Source: an uncultured Acidobacteriaceae bacterium
GTDB lineage: Bacteria > Acidobacteriota > Terriglobia > Terriglobales > Acidobacteriaceae
Assembly: GCA_963845345.1 (NCBI GenBank)
Contig: CAWJRQ010000002.1
Span: 52,443 to 116,442 of the forward strand
Reading direction: 5' to 3'
DNA length: 64,000 bases
Positions 46,527 through 57,489 of the stretch are shown one piece after another; the stretch's first letter is position 1, and each line of letters begins with the position of its first letter. A model generated the notes under the pieces. It did not search any database and was not told the DNA's origin. It saw nothing but the letters and a program-made list of their open reading frames with translations. The position numbers and the translations under genes are program-made.

Positions 46527-46708
46527 GAACTGAATTTTTGCCGCGTTCTTGTCCCTCAAGTTGAATCCTTCTCTTGAGGGACAAAAGCGGAATCAGAGTA
46601 CCTGTACCCGAAAGCACTACCGCTCAGTGGCTTTTTCCTCAAGAAAAAGCCACCTTCAATATATTTTGTATGAGCAGTTTACTCTGATTCGCTTCAAGGA
46701 AGGCCGAG

Positions 46709-47173
46709 ATGCGCTGGATTTCGTTGATTTGCTGGATAGGACTTTGCTTTGCGGTGGCGGGCGTGAGCGGCTCGTGGACGGCAAGCGAGGTTCCGGGATG
46801 GTATCGGACGCTGGCCAGGCCGGTCATCGCTCCGCCGGATTGGGTCTTTGGGCCGGTCTGGACTCTGCTCTACGTCCTGATGGCGATTGCCGCGTGGCGG
46901 GTTTGGGAGTCGCCCGCTTCGCCGCTGCGAACCTGGGGACTGGCGCTGTTTCTCGTCCAACTGCTCCTGAACTTTGCCTGGTCGTGGATCTTCTTCCACC
47001 ACCACGCCATTGGGGCCGCGCTGACGGAAATTGTGGTGCTGTGGGCGGCCATCGGGGCAACCACGCTGGTTTTCGGCCGCGTATTGCCAGCGGCAGAATG
47101 GCTGATGGCGCCTTACTGGGCCTGGGTCACCTTTGCCTCCGTGCTGAATGCGGCATTCTGGCGGTTGAACTAA
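46709..47173 (+). CDS. tspO: TspO/MBR tryptophan-rich sensory protein
   Basis: WYRTL.RP..APPDWVFGPVWTLLY, QLLLNFAWSWIFF, PYWAWVTFA. Confidence 0.92.
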   Translation: MRWISLICWIGLCFAVAGVSGSWTASEVPGWYRTLARPVIAPPDWVFGPVWTLLYVLMAIAAWRVWESPASPLRTWGLALFLVQLLLNFAWSWIFFHHHAIGAALTEIVVLWAAIGATTLVFGRVLPAAEWLMAPYWAWVTFASVLNAAFWRLN

Positions 47174-47174
47174 G

Positions 47175-48760
47175 TTACTTTGCATGCTCGCCTTCTCCTC
47201 GTGATACTCCATCTCGGTGTTGATGGCCCAGATGTTGTCCTTGGTCGTAACTCCGTTGACGATGTTTTCCACGGCGGTCATGGCGGTCAGCATGGAGTGG
47301 TCCTGGTTGTTGTATTTGTGCATGCCGTTGCGGCCCACCAGGAAGAGATTCTCAAAGCCGTCCAGATAACTGCGGATAACGTCGAAGCGGTCATAACTGC
47401 CAAAGTAGGCGGGATACGTCTTGGGAACGCGAACAACGTGGGAGTCTTCGACATCTTCCGCCTTGAGAATCCCGATCTTGGCGATCTCCGCAATGGCGAA
47501 CTTGGCCATCTCCTCATCGGAGAGCTTCCATAGCGGGTCGGTGTCATTGCAGAAGTATTCCAGGCCAATCCAGACCTTGCCGGGAGTGCCGACCAGCCAG
47601 GGGCTCCAGTTATTGAAGATCTGCAGGCGGCCAACAACCACGTCCGGCTCCTGAATGTAAATCCAGTTATCCTTGAGCGGAGAGCCGTCCTTTTCCGTGA
47701 CGGCCAGCTTGCTGGCGAGCAGGCCGACGGTGATGAAGTCGCGATACATGAGGCCTTCGGCGACCTCGCTCACTTCGGCAGGAACTGGCGCGGAGAGGCC
47801 GCGCACCAGATCGCGGATGGGCATGGTGGAGAAGAAGTAATCTCCCGCATAAGTCACGCGCTCTCCCGCCTCGTTGCGGCCCTCGACCGAAACCACCTTG
47901 TTGCCTTCCACGTTGATGCGGTCAATCTGAATGCCGAAGTGAATCTCGCCGCCGCCCTTGCGAACTAAGTCGGCCGCATGTTCCCAAAGCTGGCCGGGGC
48001 CGAACTTGGGATAGAGAAACTTCTCGATCAGCGAGGTTTCTGTCTTCTTTTGCGCGATGTCGCCGGAGCGTCCTCCGGGCAAAGGTCTTCTTGAGAAAGT
48101 GCATTACCACGCCCTTGAGCGACAGCCCCTTGATGCGCTGCGCACCCCATTCGGCGCTGATCTCATGGCAGGGCACGCCCCAGACCTTTTCGGTATACGA
48201 CTTGAAAAACGTCAGGTAAAGCTGCTTGCCAAAGCGGTTGATGATGAAATCTTCCAGCGAGCGCTCCTCGCGCTGAGGCAGCAGCGCCGAGCGCAGATAA
48301 CTGACGCCGCAACGAACGGTGCGAACCAGGCCCAGATTTCTGAAGGTTGCCGCGGTCAGGCTGATGGGATAGTCGAAGAAGCGGCGCAGAAAATAGATGC
48401 GGCTCTTGCGCTGGCGAACCAGCATGACCAGATCTTCCGTTTGCGGATCGTGCGCCGCGGTCGCCGCTGGGAAGATCGCGCTGCTGGCCCTGGTAGCGCA
48501 GTTCGCCATCTGCGCTTGAGCCGGCCTCAACCGGCATCAGGTCCAGCCACCAGCGCATCACCCGGTCCGACTTGGAAAAGAAGCGATGGCCGCCGATATC
48601 CATGCGGTTGCCCTTGTAGCGGATGGTGCGCGAGATGCCGCCGACCTGCTGGCTGGCCTCGATCAGGATGGGCTTGATCGCCGAATTGCCGCTGCAACTC
48701 GATGGCCGCCGTCAGTCCGGCCGGGCCTGCTCCGATGATGATCGCCGTGCCTTGTTTCAC
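47175..48760 (-). CDS. NAD(P)/FAD-dependent oxidoreductase (HemY/UDP-galactopyranose mutase-like; frameshifted)
   Basis: [55 protein letters not shown]. Confidence 0.85.
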
Positions 48761-48893
48761 GCGGTGAATCGATCCCTTCCTGGTGAATTCTCAATCAATC
48801 ACAATATCCGCCACAAAAATGCAAACGAGGGCTGGGATCACTCCCAACCCTCGCTTGTGTTTGCTAGATTCTGCCGGAATCCGGCCGGTGGGT

Positions 48894-49094
48894 TCAGAGC
48901 GGCTGCACGTCGGCAGCCTGCCATCCCTTGGGCCCCTTCACCACGTTGAATTGCACGGCTTGACCTTCCTGCAGGCTCTTGAAACCACTGGAGGTGATTG
49001 CAGAGTAATGCACGAATACGTCTTCGCCGTTCTGACGCGAGATGAAGCCGAAGCCCTTCGCGTCGTTGAACCACTTCACGGTACCTTGTTCCAT
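48894..49094 (-). CDS. cold-shock protein
   Basis: [33 protein letters not shown]. Confidence 0.97.
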   Translation of the reverse strand: MEQGTVKWFNDAKGFGFISRQNGEDVFVHYSAITSSGFKSLQEGQAVQFNVVKGPKGWQAADVQPL

Positions 49095-49208
49095 ATTGCT
49101 CGTATTTCCTGAATTGAATTGCGCTGGATGAATCGGAGCGACCACTGGCAGAATCTTGCTTGGTAGGGCGAGTGCTGCTCACGCCCGCTTCGGTCTAACG
49201 CTGAAAGC

Positions 49209-49217
49209 AGTGTAGCA
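49209..49217 (-). promoter_or_regulatory. extended -10 element of csp; leader of about 110 nt
   Basis: TGCTACACT on the minus strand, with AT-rich sequence upstream. Confidence 0.55.
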
Positions 49218-49344
49218 TCCCTTTTCATAAAAAAGTGCTAAAAATGTAGCGTTTCGCTACATCATTTTCTTTTTCAGTTTTGGAACTTGTTGAATTGGAA
49301 AGCCTTAACGTCGTACTCTTGTTGTGTTACCGCGAAAGGTTACT

Positions 49345-50717
49345 ATGCCCCAGGATCCCGTCCCCGGCCTGTTGTCCCGCGCCACCGAACTGCTGGAAAA
49401 GCACTTCGCGGCTTTGCCCGCCTTCGAGTCCGCGGCCGACCCGGAGGCGATAGCGCGGGTACTGGAGGATGTGGCGCGCAGCATGGGCGACAACTACCCC
49501 TACTTCCATCCGCTCTATGCCGGGCAGATGCTCAAGCCGCCGCATCCGGTGGCGCGGGCCGCCTATGCGCTGGCCATGACACATCAACCCCAACAACCAC
49601 GCGCGCGACGGCGGCCGGGCCAGTTCGGAGATGGAGATTGAGGCCGTCCGCGAGATTGCCGGAATCTTCGGCTGGACGGAATTCCTGGGCCACCTGACCT
49701 CCAGCGGCACACTGGCCAACCTGGAGGCGCTGTGGGTGGCCGGACAACTGGCGCCCGGCAAGCGCATTGTGGGCTCCGAGCAGGCGCACTATACCCACCA
49801 GCGCATCTCCGCCGTGCTGAAGCTGGAGTATGCGTCGATTGCCGCCGACCGCCGCGGACGCATGAGTCTGGATGCGCTGGAGGCCGAACTGCGCAAGGGC
49901 GATGTGGGCACGGTGGTCGCAACGCTGGGCACTACGGCCATGGGCGCGGTGGACCCGCTGGACGAGATACTGGCGCTGCGTTCGCGGTACGACTTTCGCG
50001 TTCATGTGGACGCGGCCTACGGCGGCTACTTCCGGCTGATTCCCGAGGCGCTGGATGAGCCGGCGCAGCGGGCCTTCGAAGCGATCGGCCAGGCCGACTC
50101 CATCGTGATCGACCCGCACAAGCACGGCCTTCAGCCCTACGGCTGCGGGTGCGTGCTCTTTCGCGATCCGGCGGTGGGGCGCTTCTACAAGCACGACTCG
50201 CCCTACACCTACTTCACCTCAAAGCAATTGCACCTTGGCGAGATCAGCCTGGAGTGTTCGCGGGCCGGAGCCTCGGCGGTGGCTTTGTGGGCCACGCAGC
50301 GGCTTTTGCCGCTTGTGCCGGGAGGCGAGTTTGCCCGCGGGCTGGCTCGCGGCAGGGCGGCGGCTCTCGAACTTGAACCGGCGGCTGCGCCAGGATAAGG
50401 CCGGACGCTTCCAGCCGCTTGCAGCCGGAGCGCCGGAACTCGACATTGTGGTGTGGAAAATGAACGCCAAGACACCAGAGCTGGCTTCCGAACTGGCGCA
50501 AAAGATTTTTTCCGCCTGCGCCGCGCGGGATTTGCATCTGGCGCTGGTGCAATTGCCGCCGGCATGGTTTGAGCCGGCAGCCTGCCCCGATTCGGCAATC
50601 GTCGCCGGGCTGGTCACTTGCCTGCGCTCGGTGCTGATGAAGCCCGAGCACGAGGCGTGGATGGACCGCATCTGGGAGAGGTTGACCGCGAGCTGCGCGG
50701 AGGTGATGGGAGAGTAG
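49345..50717 (+). CDS. PLP-dependent group II decarboxylase (frameshifted)
   Basis: SGTLANLEAL, AHY, GTT..GAVD, HVDAAYGG, DSIVIDPHK. Confidence 0.88.
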
Positions 50718-50981
50718 CGCAGTTGGCATGGACAGCCGAATCGGACGGAGAATTACCATGCGCATCCTCGACTTGACCCATTGGTAACACCCATTCGGCA
50801 TGACCTGTGGCGGACAAACAATCGCCATGCGCGGTTCTCAGAAGCTTTCCTTGCTAAAATCAATAGGAGTTTACCTCGATAACGGCCGGGCAAGATCGCT
50901 CACGCCCGGCCGGTCGCGCAGTACTTTACATTCCCCGTGCGTCGCTTCTCAGGTTTGGAGCGCCGTGGAGACACGAAAGCC

Positions 50982-52731
50982 ATGCAACCCACATCATCCG
51001 AGCCATTTTCCTACGAAACCTTTCCCAGCTCCGGCCTGGTCGCTTACTTCTCGATGGAGATCGCGATCAACCCCGGCATGCCCACCTACTCCGGCGGCCT
51101 GGGCGTTCTTGCCGGGGATACGCTGCGCTCCATGGCCGACCTGGGCGTTCCCCTGGTGGCCTTCTCGCTGGTGCATCGCAAGGGCTACTTCAAGCAGCTC
51201 CTGGACAAAAACGGCAGGCAGAGCGAGGACGTTCAACCGTGGAATCCAGCGGATTTCTGCACCGAGGAGAAGGCGCGGGTTACGGTTTCCATCGAAAACC
51301 GCATTGTGACGGTGCGCTGCTGGCGCTATGACCTGGTGGGCCGCTACGGGCACGTGGTGCCGATCTACCTGCTGGACACGGATCTGGACGGAAATTCGGG
51401 CTGGGATCGCGGCCTGACCGATCACCTCTATGGCGGCGACACCAACTACCGCTTGCAGCAGGAGATTGTGCTGGGCATGGGCGGAGTGCGCATGGCGCAC
51501 GCGCTGGGCTACCGGGTGAATGTCTACCACATGAACGAGGGCCACGCCGCGCTGCTGACGCTGGCGCTGCTGGAGAGCCAGTTGGGCGGCGGACCGCTGG
51601 GCGCGGCTACGGAAACCGACATCGAGCAGGTGCGCAAGAAGTGCGTCTTCACCACCCACACCCCGGTTCCGGCCGGGCACGACCGCTTCTCCACCGAGCA
51701 GGCCATTCGCATCCTGGGCGGCGACCGCACGGCGCGCCTGGAAAAGATGGACTGTTTTCGCGACGGAATGTTGAACATGACGCTGCTGGCGCTGCGCTTC
51801 TCGCGCTATGCCAACGGCGTGGCCATGCAGCACGCCAAGGTCTCCCGCGCCATGTTCCCCGAGTTTCAAATTGACTCCGATCACCAACGGCGTGCACGCG
51901 CCCACCTGGGTCTCCGAGCCGTTCCAGGAGATGCTGGACGAGCATATTCCCGCGTGGCAGCGCGACAACCTTTATCTGCGCAATGCCATCGACCTGCCCG
52001 AGGAGGAGATTCTCTCGGCTCATGCCCGAAACAAGGAGGCGTTGCTCGCCGAAGTTGCCTCGCACACCGTAGTGCCTGCCAATCAGTCTCTTAATCCCAA
52101 GGTGCTGACCCTGGGTTTTGCGCGGCGGGCCGCCACCTACAAGCGGGCTGCTCTTCTGTTTACCGATCCCAGGCGGCTGATCGAGATTGCCGCCAAAGCC
52201 GGCGGCTTGCAGATTATTTACGCCGGCAAAGCCCATCCCCAGGATGGTCCCGGCAAGGATCTCATTGAGGAGGTCGTGGCGGATGCCGCCAGATTATCGA
52301 ACGACCTGCTGCGCATCGTTTACCTGGAAAACTACGACTGGGAGCTGGGCGCATTGTTCACGGCGGGCGTGGATGTGTGGGTGAACACGCCGCGCCGGCC
52401 CTATGAGGCCTCGGGCACCAGCGGCATGAAGGCCGCCCTGAACGGCGTCCCCAGCCTGTCCATTCTGGATGGATGGTGGATCGAGGGCTGCATCGAGGGC
52501 GTCACCGGCTGGGCCATCGAAAGCAGTGCTGCCACTGATGAAAAAGTCATTGATGCCGAGGAAGCGCAATCGCTCTACCACAAGCTCGAAACCGCCGTCG
52601 TCCCGCTTTACAGCGGCTCACCCGAGAAGTGGGCGCAAATGATGCGAACCACGCTGGCCATCAACGGCTCCTACTTCAACACCAACCGCATGGTGAAGCA
52701 GTACGTCCGCAATGCCTACTACCCGATGTAG
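50982..52731 (+). CDS. glgP: alpha-glucan phosphorylase (frameshifted)
   Basis: [57 protein letters not shown]. Confidence 0.93.
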
Positions 52732-52754
52732 CTGATCGAATCCGCCCGGTCGGA

Positions 52755-53342
52755 TCAGCGAAGCGGCTCGGCGGGGTCGAGCTCGAATCGCGGCGCAAAG
52801 CCCAGTTGCCGCCAGAAGCGGTCGAGCAGGGCTACGGTCTCCGGGGCGGTTTGGTTCGTGGTGCGGAGCAGGATCTCCGGGTTGTCGGCCTCTGTTTTGC
52901 CCGTCAAGTCGCTGGCTTCGGCGGAGATGGCGATGCACTTCGACGGACGGTAGGTGCAGTGGGCCAGGTCTGCGATGGAGAGGCGCGTGGTAGGCGTAGC
53001 CAGGACGGCGCGCGGCGGGGCCATGCGGTCCAGCAGCCAAAGAATCTCCAGCTTGGATTCCAGCTCGTCGGGGACACAATCAATAACCAGGTCGGCGTTG
53101 CGGACGGCCTCTTCTATGGTGGAGACGAAGGCGATCCCACCAACGTGGTCATCCTGAGCGGAGGCCGCCGCAGTGACCGCAGCCGAAGGACCTGCTTTTT
53201 GGCGGATGGCCTCCTGGGCGTGGTGAAGGTTGGCGGGCATCACGTCTTCGAGGAAGACGTGGAAGCCGGCGCGAGCCGCGGAGAGGGCCAGCCAGCGGCC
53301 CAGGGGGCCGGCTCCGATAATGGCGACGGTGGTTTGAGGCAC
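52755..53342 (-). CDS. 3-hydroxyacyl-CoA dehydrogenase NAD-binding domain protein
   Basis: VAIIGAGPLG, ADLVIDCVPDELESK. Confidence 0.8.
   Translation of the reverse strand: MPQTTVAIIGAGPLGRWLALSAARAGFHVFLEDVMPANLHHAQEAIRQKAGPSAAVTAAASAQDDHVGGIAFVSTIEEAVRNADLVIDCVPDELESKLEILWLLDRMAPPRAVLATPTTRLSIADLAHCTYRPSKCIAISAEASDLTGKTEADNPEILLRTTNQTAPETVALLDRFWRQLGFAPRFELDPAEPLR
53148..53199 (+). repeat. GTCATCCTGAGCG...GAAGGACC REP-like element inside a CDS
   Basis: TCCT..CG..G..GC/GC..C.CG.AGGA imperfect palindrome; a short relative GTCATCCTGAATGAAGG is intergenic at 14511. Confidence 0.6.
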
Positions 53343-53351
53343 AAGCGGGCC

Positions 53352-53564
53352 TTACTTGCCGACCAGGGCCTCGGCCACGTCCTGCGCGCTGGGCTTGGTG
53401 TTGAGCAGGTGCTCGGCGACGCGGGCGCGCTCCTCGGCGGTGAGCGTGGGGATGGTGGACAGGATGCGGCGCAGGGTCACGGCAACGTCGTCAATGTAGT
53501 TCATCAGGCGAATGGCTTCTCCGGAGAGCGGCATGGTTTTCCTCGTGGGGACTTCCATACTCAT
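53352..53564 (-). CDS. small conserved hypothetical protein
   Basis: 70 aa, host-like codon usage. Confidence 0.65.
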   Translation of the reverse strand: MSMEVPTRKTMPLSGEAIRLMNYIDDVAVTLRRILSTIPTLTAEERARVAEHLLNTKPSAQDVAEALVGK

Positions 53565-53597
53565 TGTAAGGTGTGGGGTTTGGGAGTGGAAGGCAAT

Positions 53598-53643
53598 CCC
53601 ACCCTAGCCACAAATATAAGAACGCGGCGAGGGTGGGGCACCC
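53598..53643 (-). repeat. REP element
   Basis: CCCACCCTAGCC...GCGGCGAGGGTGGGGCACCC. Confidence 0.85.
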
Positions 53644-53653
53644 AGCTTTACGC

Positions 53654-54550
53654 CTAAATTGTCTTTTGAATCACCTGACAGAGCAGAAAACAAGCTGCCT
53701 GGCTGAGTAGTAGTGCGTAGGTAATATCTTCTAAATCTGGATGTAGCTTGACAGTCTTAAGAAGGTCCACCGGGCTGGTTCTATCGGTTGCAGCTTCTCG
53801 CAGATCGACACCATGAGCGAGTTTATTTCGGAGCATATACAGGTCCACTGCAATGTCCTTCACAATATACGGGAGTGGCCCAGTTAGATCATTCCAGTCT
53901 GGGAAGGCTAGAGCGTTTGGACCCAGGCAAGCACACAATTTGTTTCTAAAGTCATTACGATTAGCACTATCGAAGATGGCTTCCATCCCCATCACCCATA
54001 GCATCCCTGCGACTAGCGGATGGTAATTCTCCAGTCCCAACTGGAGCAAGGTAACCGCATTTTTCAATTCGGCGCTCGTACCCTCAAGCACTGCTCGGAC
54101 TCTCGGAATCATTGCGATGACTTGATGAAGCAGTTTCATATCAAGCCGCTTCAACCTAGCCCACTCCCCAGCATCCGTGGGATGTCGATACTCGATTTGT
54201 TCCACATTGATTGAGCGATGCAAGTCTTCCCCGCGAAAAATCAACCCGAGAGTTTCAACCGGCTTAATGATTTGGAAAGCTGACAATCCACTTCGGAAGG
54301 TTACCTCAGCCTTCTCAATGGCATCCTTTCTCTCAGAAGGCAGCATTGGTACATCGTACCGAAGTACGAGGTAGCGGCTGACCTTCCGAGCATCTTCGAA
54401 TTGAAGCTGATTCATTGACGAACGGTCGTCATCAGAAATCAGAAATTCATTCGGCTTCAGTAAAGATAGCCCGTCGCCCAATGGCACTTCCTCTTCATCG
54501 CCCACACTCAGGTAGCGGATGCCCATATAGATTAGCTTTGCCGTGCTCAT
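53654..54550 (-). CDS. HEPN-domain protein (ApeA-like), AT-richer
   Basis: GGAGGAG RBS; LWVMGMEAIF and LYMLRNKLAHG (R-X4-H). Confidence 0.7.
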   Translation of the reverse strand: MSTAKLIYMGIRYLSVGDEEEVPLGDGLSLLKPNEFLISDDDRSSMNQLQFEDARKVSRYLVLRYDVPMLPSERKDAIEKAEVTFRSGLSAFQIIKPVETLGLIFRGEDLHRSINVEQIEYRHPTDAGEWARLKRLDMKLLHQVIAMIPRVRAVLEGTSAELKNAVTLLQLGLENYHPLVAGMLWVMGMEAIFDSANRNDFRNKLCACLGPNALAFPDWNDLTGPLPYIVKDIAVDLYMLRNKLAHGVDLREAATDRTSPVDLLKTVKLHPDLEDITYALLLSQAACFLLCQVIQKTI

Positions 54551-54578
54551 AGGTGCTCCTCCATTCTGTAGACAAAGT

Positions 54579-54624
54579 GGGTGCCCCACCCTCGCCGCGT
54601 TCTTGTTTTTGCGGCTAGGGTGGG
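54579..54624 (+). repeat. REP element
   Basis: GGGTGCCCCACCCTCGCCGC...GCGGCTAGGGTGGG; supplies the RAYT stop codon. Confidence 0.85.
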
Positions 54625-55151
54625 TTCGCGCTAATGAGGAATCCATCTTTATCTGGCAACTTCAGCCCTGCCCGTTTTCCCGCCGTCCAAAACGACTCAA
54701 TCTCTACAGTACCCACCTCTCCAGTTAGGTAATGCCGGAAACTGGACCATCTCCACTCTTCGGGATACTCCACCAAACCTCGCATGACCGGGTTGCGATG
54801 CATATATCGGAGCTTTTCGACTCGCTTCACTTCTGAGTGAACATTGAAATCGTAATAGCGCGGCAACCAGAAGGGCCGCTGATCGGATTGCTTGGAGATA
54901 GAAGTTTTCAGAGCTTGAATAGCGCGGTCTAGCATTCCCCGCTTTGGTTCCGAGACCATCAGATGCACGTGCTCCGGCATGATTACATAGCCAAAAACAT
55001 AAAAGACGTACCGTCTGTGCATCTGCTCCAATATGTGCTCGAAGAGATTGCGGGCCGCAGGAGTGGCAAAATACGGTTGTCTATTGTGACAACTGAAGGT
55101 GAGGAAATGAATATCTTTCGCTTGCTGAAAGCGTTTGAGCCGTGATGGCAT
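54615..55151 (-). mobile_element. REP-associated tyrosine (Y1/HUH) transposase
   Basis: HFLTFSC, YVIMPEHVHL (HUH), FW.PRYYDFN, LRYMHRNPV.RGL..PEEWRWSS; flanked by inverted REPs. Confidence 0.9.
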
Positions 55152-55168
55152 GACAAGTGGAGTGTAAT

Positions 55169-55214
55169 CCCACCCTAGTCGCAAATACAAGAGCGCGGCG
55201 AGGGTGGGGCACCC
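55169..55214 (-). repeat. REP element
   Basis: CCCACCCTAGTCGC...GCGGCGAGGGTGGGGCACCC. Confidence 0.85.
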
Positions 55215-55305
55215 GGACATCTGTTATGTGATGCACTGCTGGCCTTGCATGATCTTCGCGCTGGTGAACTCCACCAACATCGCAATCGATTAGCCCTTCA
55301 GGGGA

Positions 55306-56232
55306 TTACGACAACAGATATTTCAGCAGCGCCATGCGAATATACAGGCCGTTCTTTGCCTGCCGGAAATAAGCGGCCCGGGCATTGGCGTCCACATCCG
55401 GAGCGATCTCGTTGACGCGCGGCAGGGCGTGCATGATGATCGATTGCGGCTTCATCCGGTTGGCCATCTCCGCATTGATTACATACGCATCCTTGACCGC
55501 ATCATAGTCCGCCTGCGAGGCAAATCGTTCTCTTTGCACGCGCGTGATATAGGCAACATCCGCCTGCTCGATGACGCCTTCGAGCGTTTCACCCTCGTTG
55601 AAGGTAACTCCTTTGCTGGCCAGATACTCGCGGTACTGCGGCGGCAGGCGCAGCGACTGCGGCGAGATCAGATCGATGGTCACCCCGGTATACAGACAAA
55701 GCAGCGGCAGCAGAGAATGAATCGTCCTCCCGTACAGCAGGTCGCCCACCAGCACGACGCGCAATCCGCTCAGCCAGCCAAGCTCTTTTTTGATGGTGTA
55801 CATATCGGCCAGCGCCTGGGTCGGATGCTCGCCCGCGCCATCCCCGGCATTGATGATGGGCACCGGAGAATTTCTTGCCGCCTCCGCGGCCGTCCCCGCC
55901 TCGTAGTGCCGGATGGCAATGACGTCGGCGTATCCGCTGACCACGCGCACGGTATCGCCGATGGTCTCGCCCTTAGTTGCCGATGAATTGTCGCGAGCAT
56001 CTTCGGCGGACAGCACGCCGCCGCCCAGCTTCTGCATCGCCGCCTCAAAGGAAAAGCGCGTGCGCGTGCTGGGCTCGAAGAACAGCGTCGCCAGAATCCG
56101 GCCGCGCAAGGGGCCCGTCAAGGCGCGAAATACGTCGTCGCGCTCCATCCGATTCGCCGATTCGAAGAGCCCGAGCAGAAATTCGGAATCGTCGAATTGC
56201 CGCGTGCTGATTACGTGCTTGAGCTTTTCCAT
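55306..56232 (-). CDS. pyrB: aspartate carbamoyltransferase
   Basis: FFEPSTRTRFSF, KGET, INAGDG..HPTQAL, GRT.HS, TRVQRER, MHALPR. Confidence 0.96.
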   Translation of the reverse strand: MEKLKHVISTRQFDDSEFLLGLFESANRMERDDVFRALTGPLRGRILATLFFEPSTRTRFSFEAAMQKLGGGVLSAEDARDNSSATKGETIGDTVRVVSGYADVIAIRHYEAGTAAEAARNSPVPIINAGDGAGEHPTQALADMYTIKKELGWLSGLRVVLVGDLLYGRTIHSLLPLLCLYTGVTIDLISPQSLRLPPQYREYLASKGVTFNEGETLEGVIEQADVAYITRVQRERFASQADYDAVKDAYVINAEMANRMKPQSIIMHALPRVNEIAPDVDANARAAYFRQAKNGLYIRMALLKYLLS

Positions 56233-56247
56233 CCGGGGTGACCCTCC

Positions 56248-57489
56248 TCAGCTTGCCGGGTAAACTTTTCCTTTCAGTATGGTGTAAGTCACGCGGCCTG
56301 GCAATGTGTATCCCTCAAACGGAGACCAGCCGCACTTTGTCTTCAATTCATCGCGCCGAACCACAAAAGGCGCCTCAGGGTTGAGAATGGTGAGCGAACC
56401 GGCGTATCCCGGCGCGATCACGCCGAATCCACGGCCGAATTCCGCAGGCAAAAACTCCTTCACAAAGCAGCCTGGATTGTAGCTGCACACGCGTGCAATA
56501 TCCCTGGCGGAAAATCCATGCTCCGCCATCAACCACGTGGCAAACGCTCCATAGGTGTCCAGGTGGGGCACGCCGCTTTTGCCGCGCATTTTTTCTTCAC
56601 GCGTGTGCGGGGCGTGGTCGGTGGCAAGATAATCCACGAGGCCCGAGCGCAGCGCCGCGATCAGCGCCAGACGGTCCTCTCTGCCGCGCAGCGGAGGATT
56701 CATCATCAGCCACAGGCGGTTCTCATCCGTCAGCATGGTCTCGTCGAAGAACAAATGGTGCGGCGCAACCTCGGCCGTAACGCGAACGCCCCGCGCCTTG
56801 GCTGCCGCTATCTTCTCCAGGCCGCCCTTCGTCGAATAATGACATAGCTTGCCGGTCAAGCCGTAGCGCTCAATCAGGGTGAGAGCAAACTCCGTCGCCG
56901 TAATTTCCGCTTTGGCTGAGCGCCGTTGTTCATGGGTCGCGGCACCCTTGCTCTCATTGAGCGTCGCCGGGTCTTCGCAGTGGAAGCTGACGTTCTGGCC
57001 GCGATACTTCGCGATGACGCCTTCCAGTTGCTCCGGCGAAGTAAAAAATAAATCTCCCACCGACGGCCCCATGAAGGCCTTGTAGGGCACGTGCCGCTTG
57101 AGCGGGCTGGTCTCCGGCCCAATTCCCGCATACAGCGTTACATGCACGGCCGATTTGGCCGTCAACTTTTCCTTCTCCGCATACCTTGCATCGTCCACCG
57201 GCGCAACTGGATTGTTAGGCATATCCGCAACATGCGTCACCCCGCCGTGAATGGCCGCCGCGGAGACGGTTGCAAAGTCCTCTTGATAGGCCTGCGACTG
57301 GCTCGCATCCTCCCGCGCGTGAATATGCAGATCGCCAAAGCCGGGGAAAATAATCTGCCCGCCAAGATCAAGATCGCTTTTGCCGGTTCTCGAACCCACG
57401 TGCTCAATCAGCCCGGTCTCCGTATTGATTTCGATCGCGCCCTCAAACTCGCGATCGTGATTGGCGATCCTCCCCTCAACGCGCAGCAT
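56248..57489 (-). CDS. pyrC: dihydroorotase
   Basis: PGFGDLHIHAR, DMPN, EVAPHHL, MNPPLR, ATDHAPH, TKCGWSPFEG. Confidence 0.9.
   Translation of the reverse strand: MLRVEGRIANHDREFEGAIEINTETGLIEHVGSRTGKSDLDLGGQIIFPGFGDLHIHAREDASQSQAYQEDFATVSAAAIHGGVTHVADMPNNPVAPVDDARYAEKEKLTAKSAVHVTLYAGIGPETSPLKRHVPYKAFMGPSVGDLFFTSPEQLEGVIAKYRGQNVSFHCEDPATLNESKGAATHEQRRSAKAEITATEFALTLIERYGLTGKLCHYSTKGGLEKIAAAKARGVRVTAEVAPHHLFFDETMLTDENRLWLMMNPPLRGREDRLALIAALRSGLVDYLATDHAPHTREEKMRGKSGVPHLDTYGAFATWLMAEHGFSARDIARVCSYNPGCFVKEFLPAEFGRGFGVIAPGYAGSLTILNPEAPFVVRRDELKTKCGWSPFEGYTLPGRVTYTILKGKVYPAS

Noticed and set aside
46694-47175. Oxidoreductase ORF extending antisense over tspO
   Set aside because: A single indel near 47190 restores a stop at 47175.
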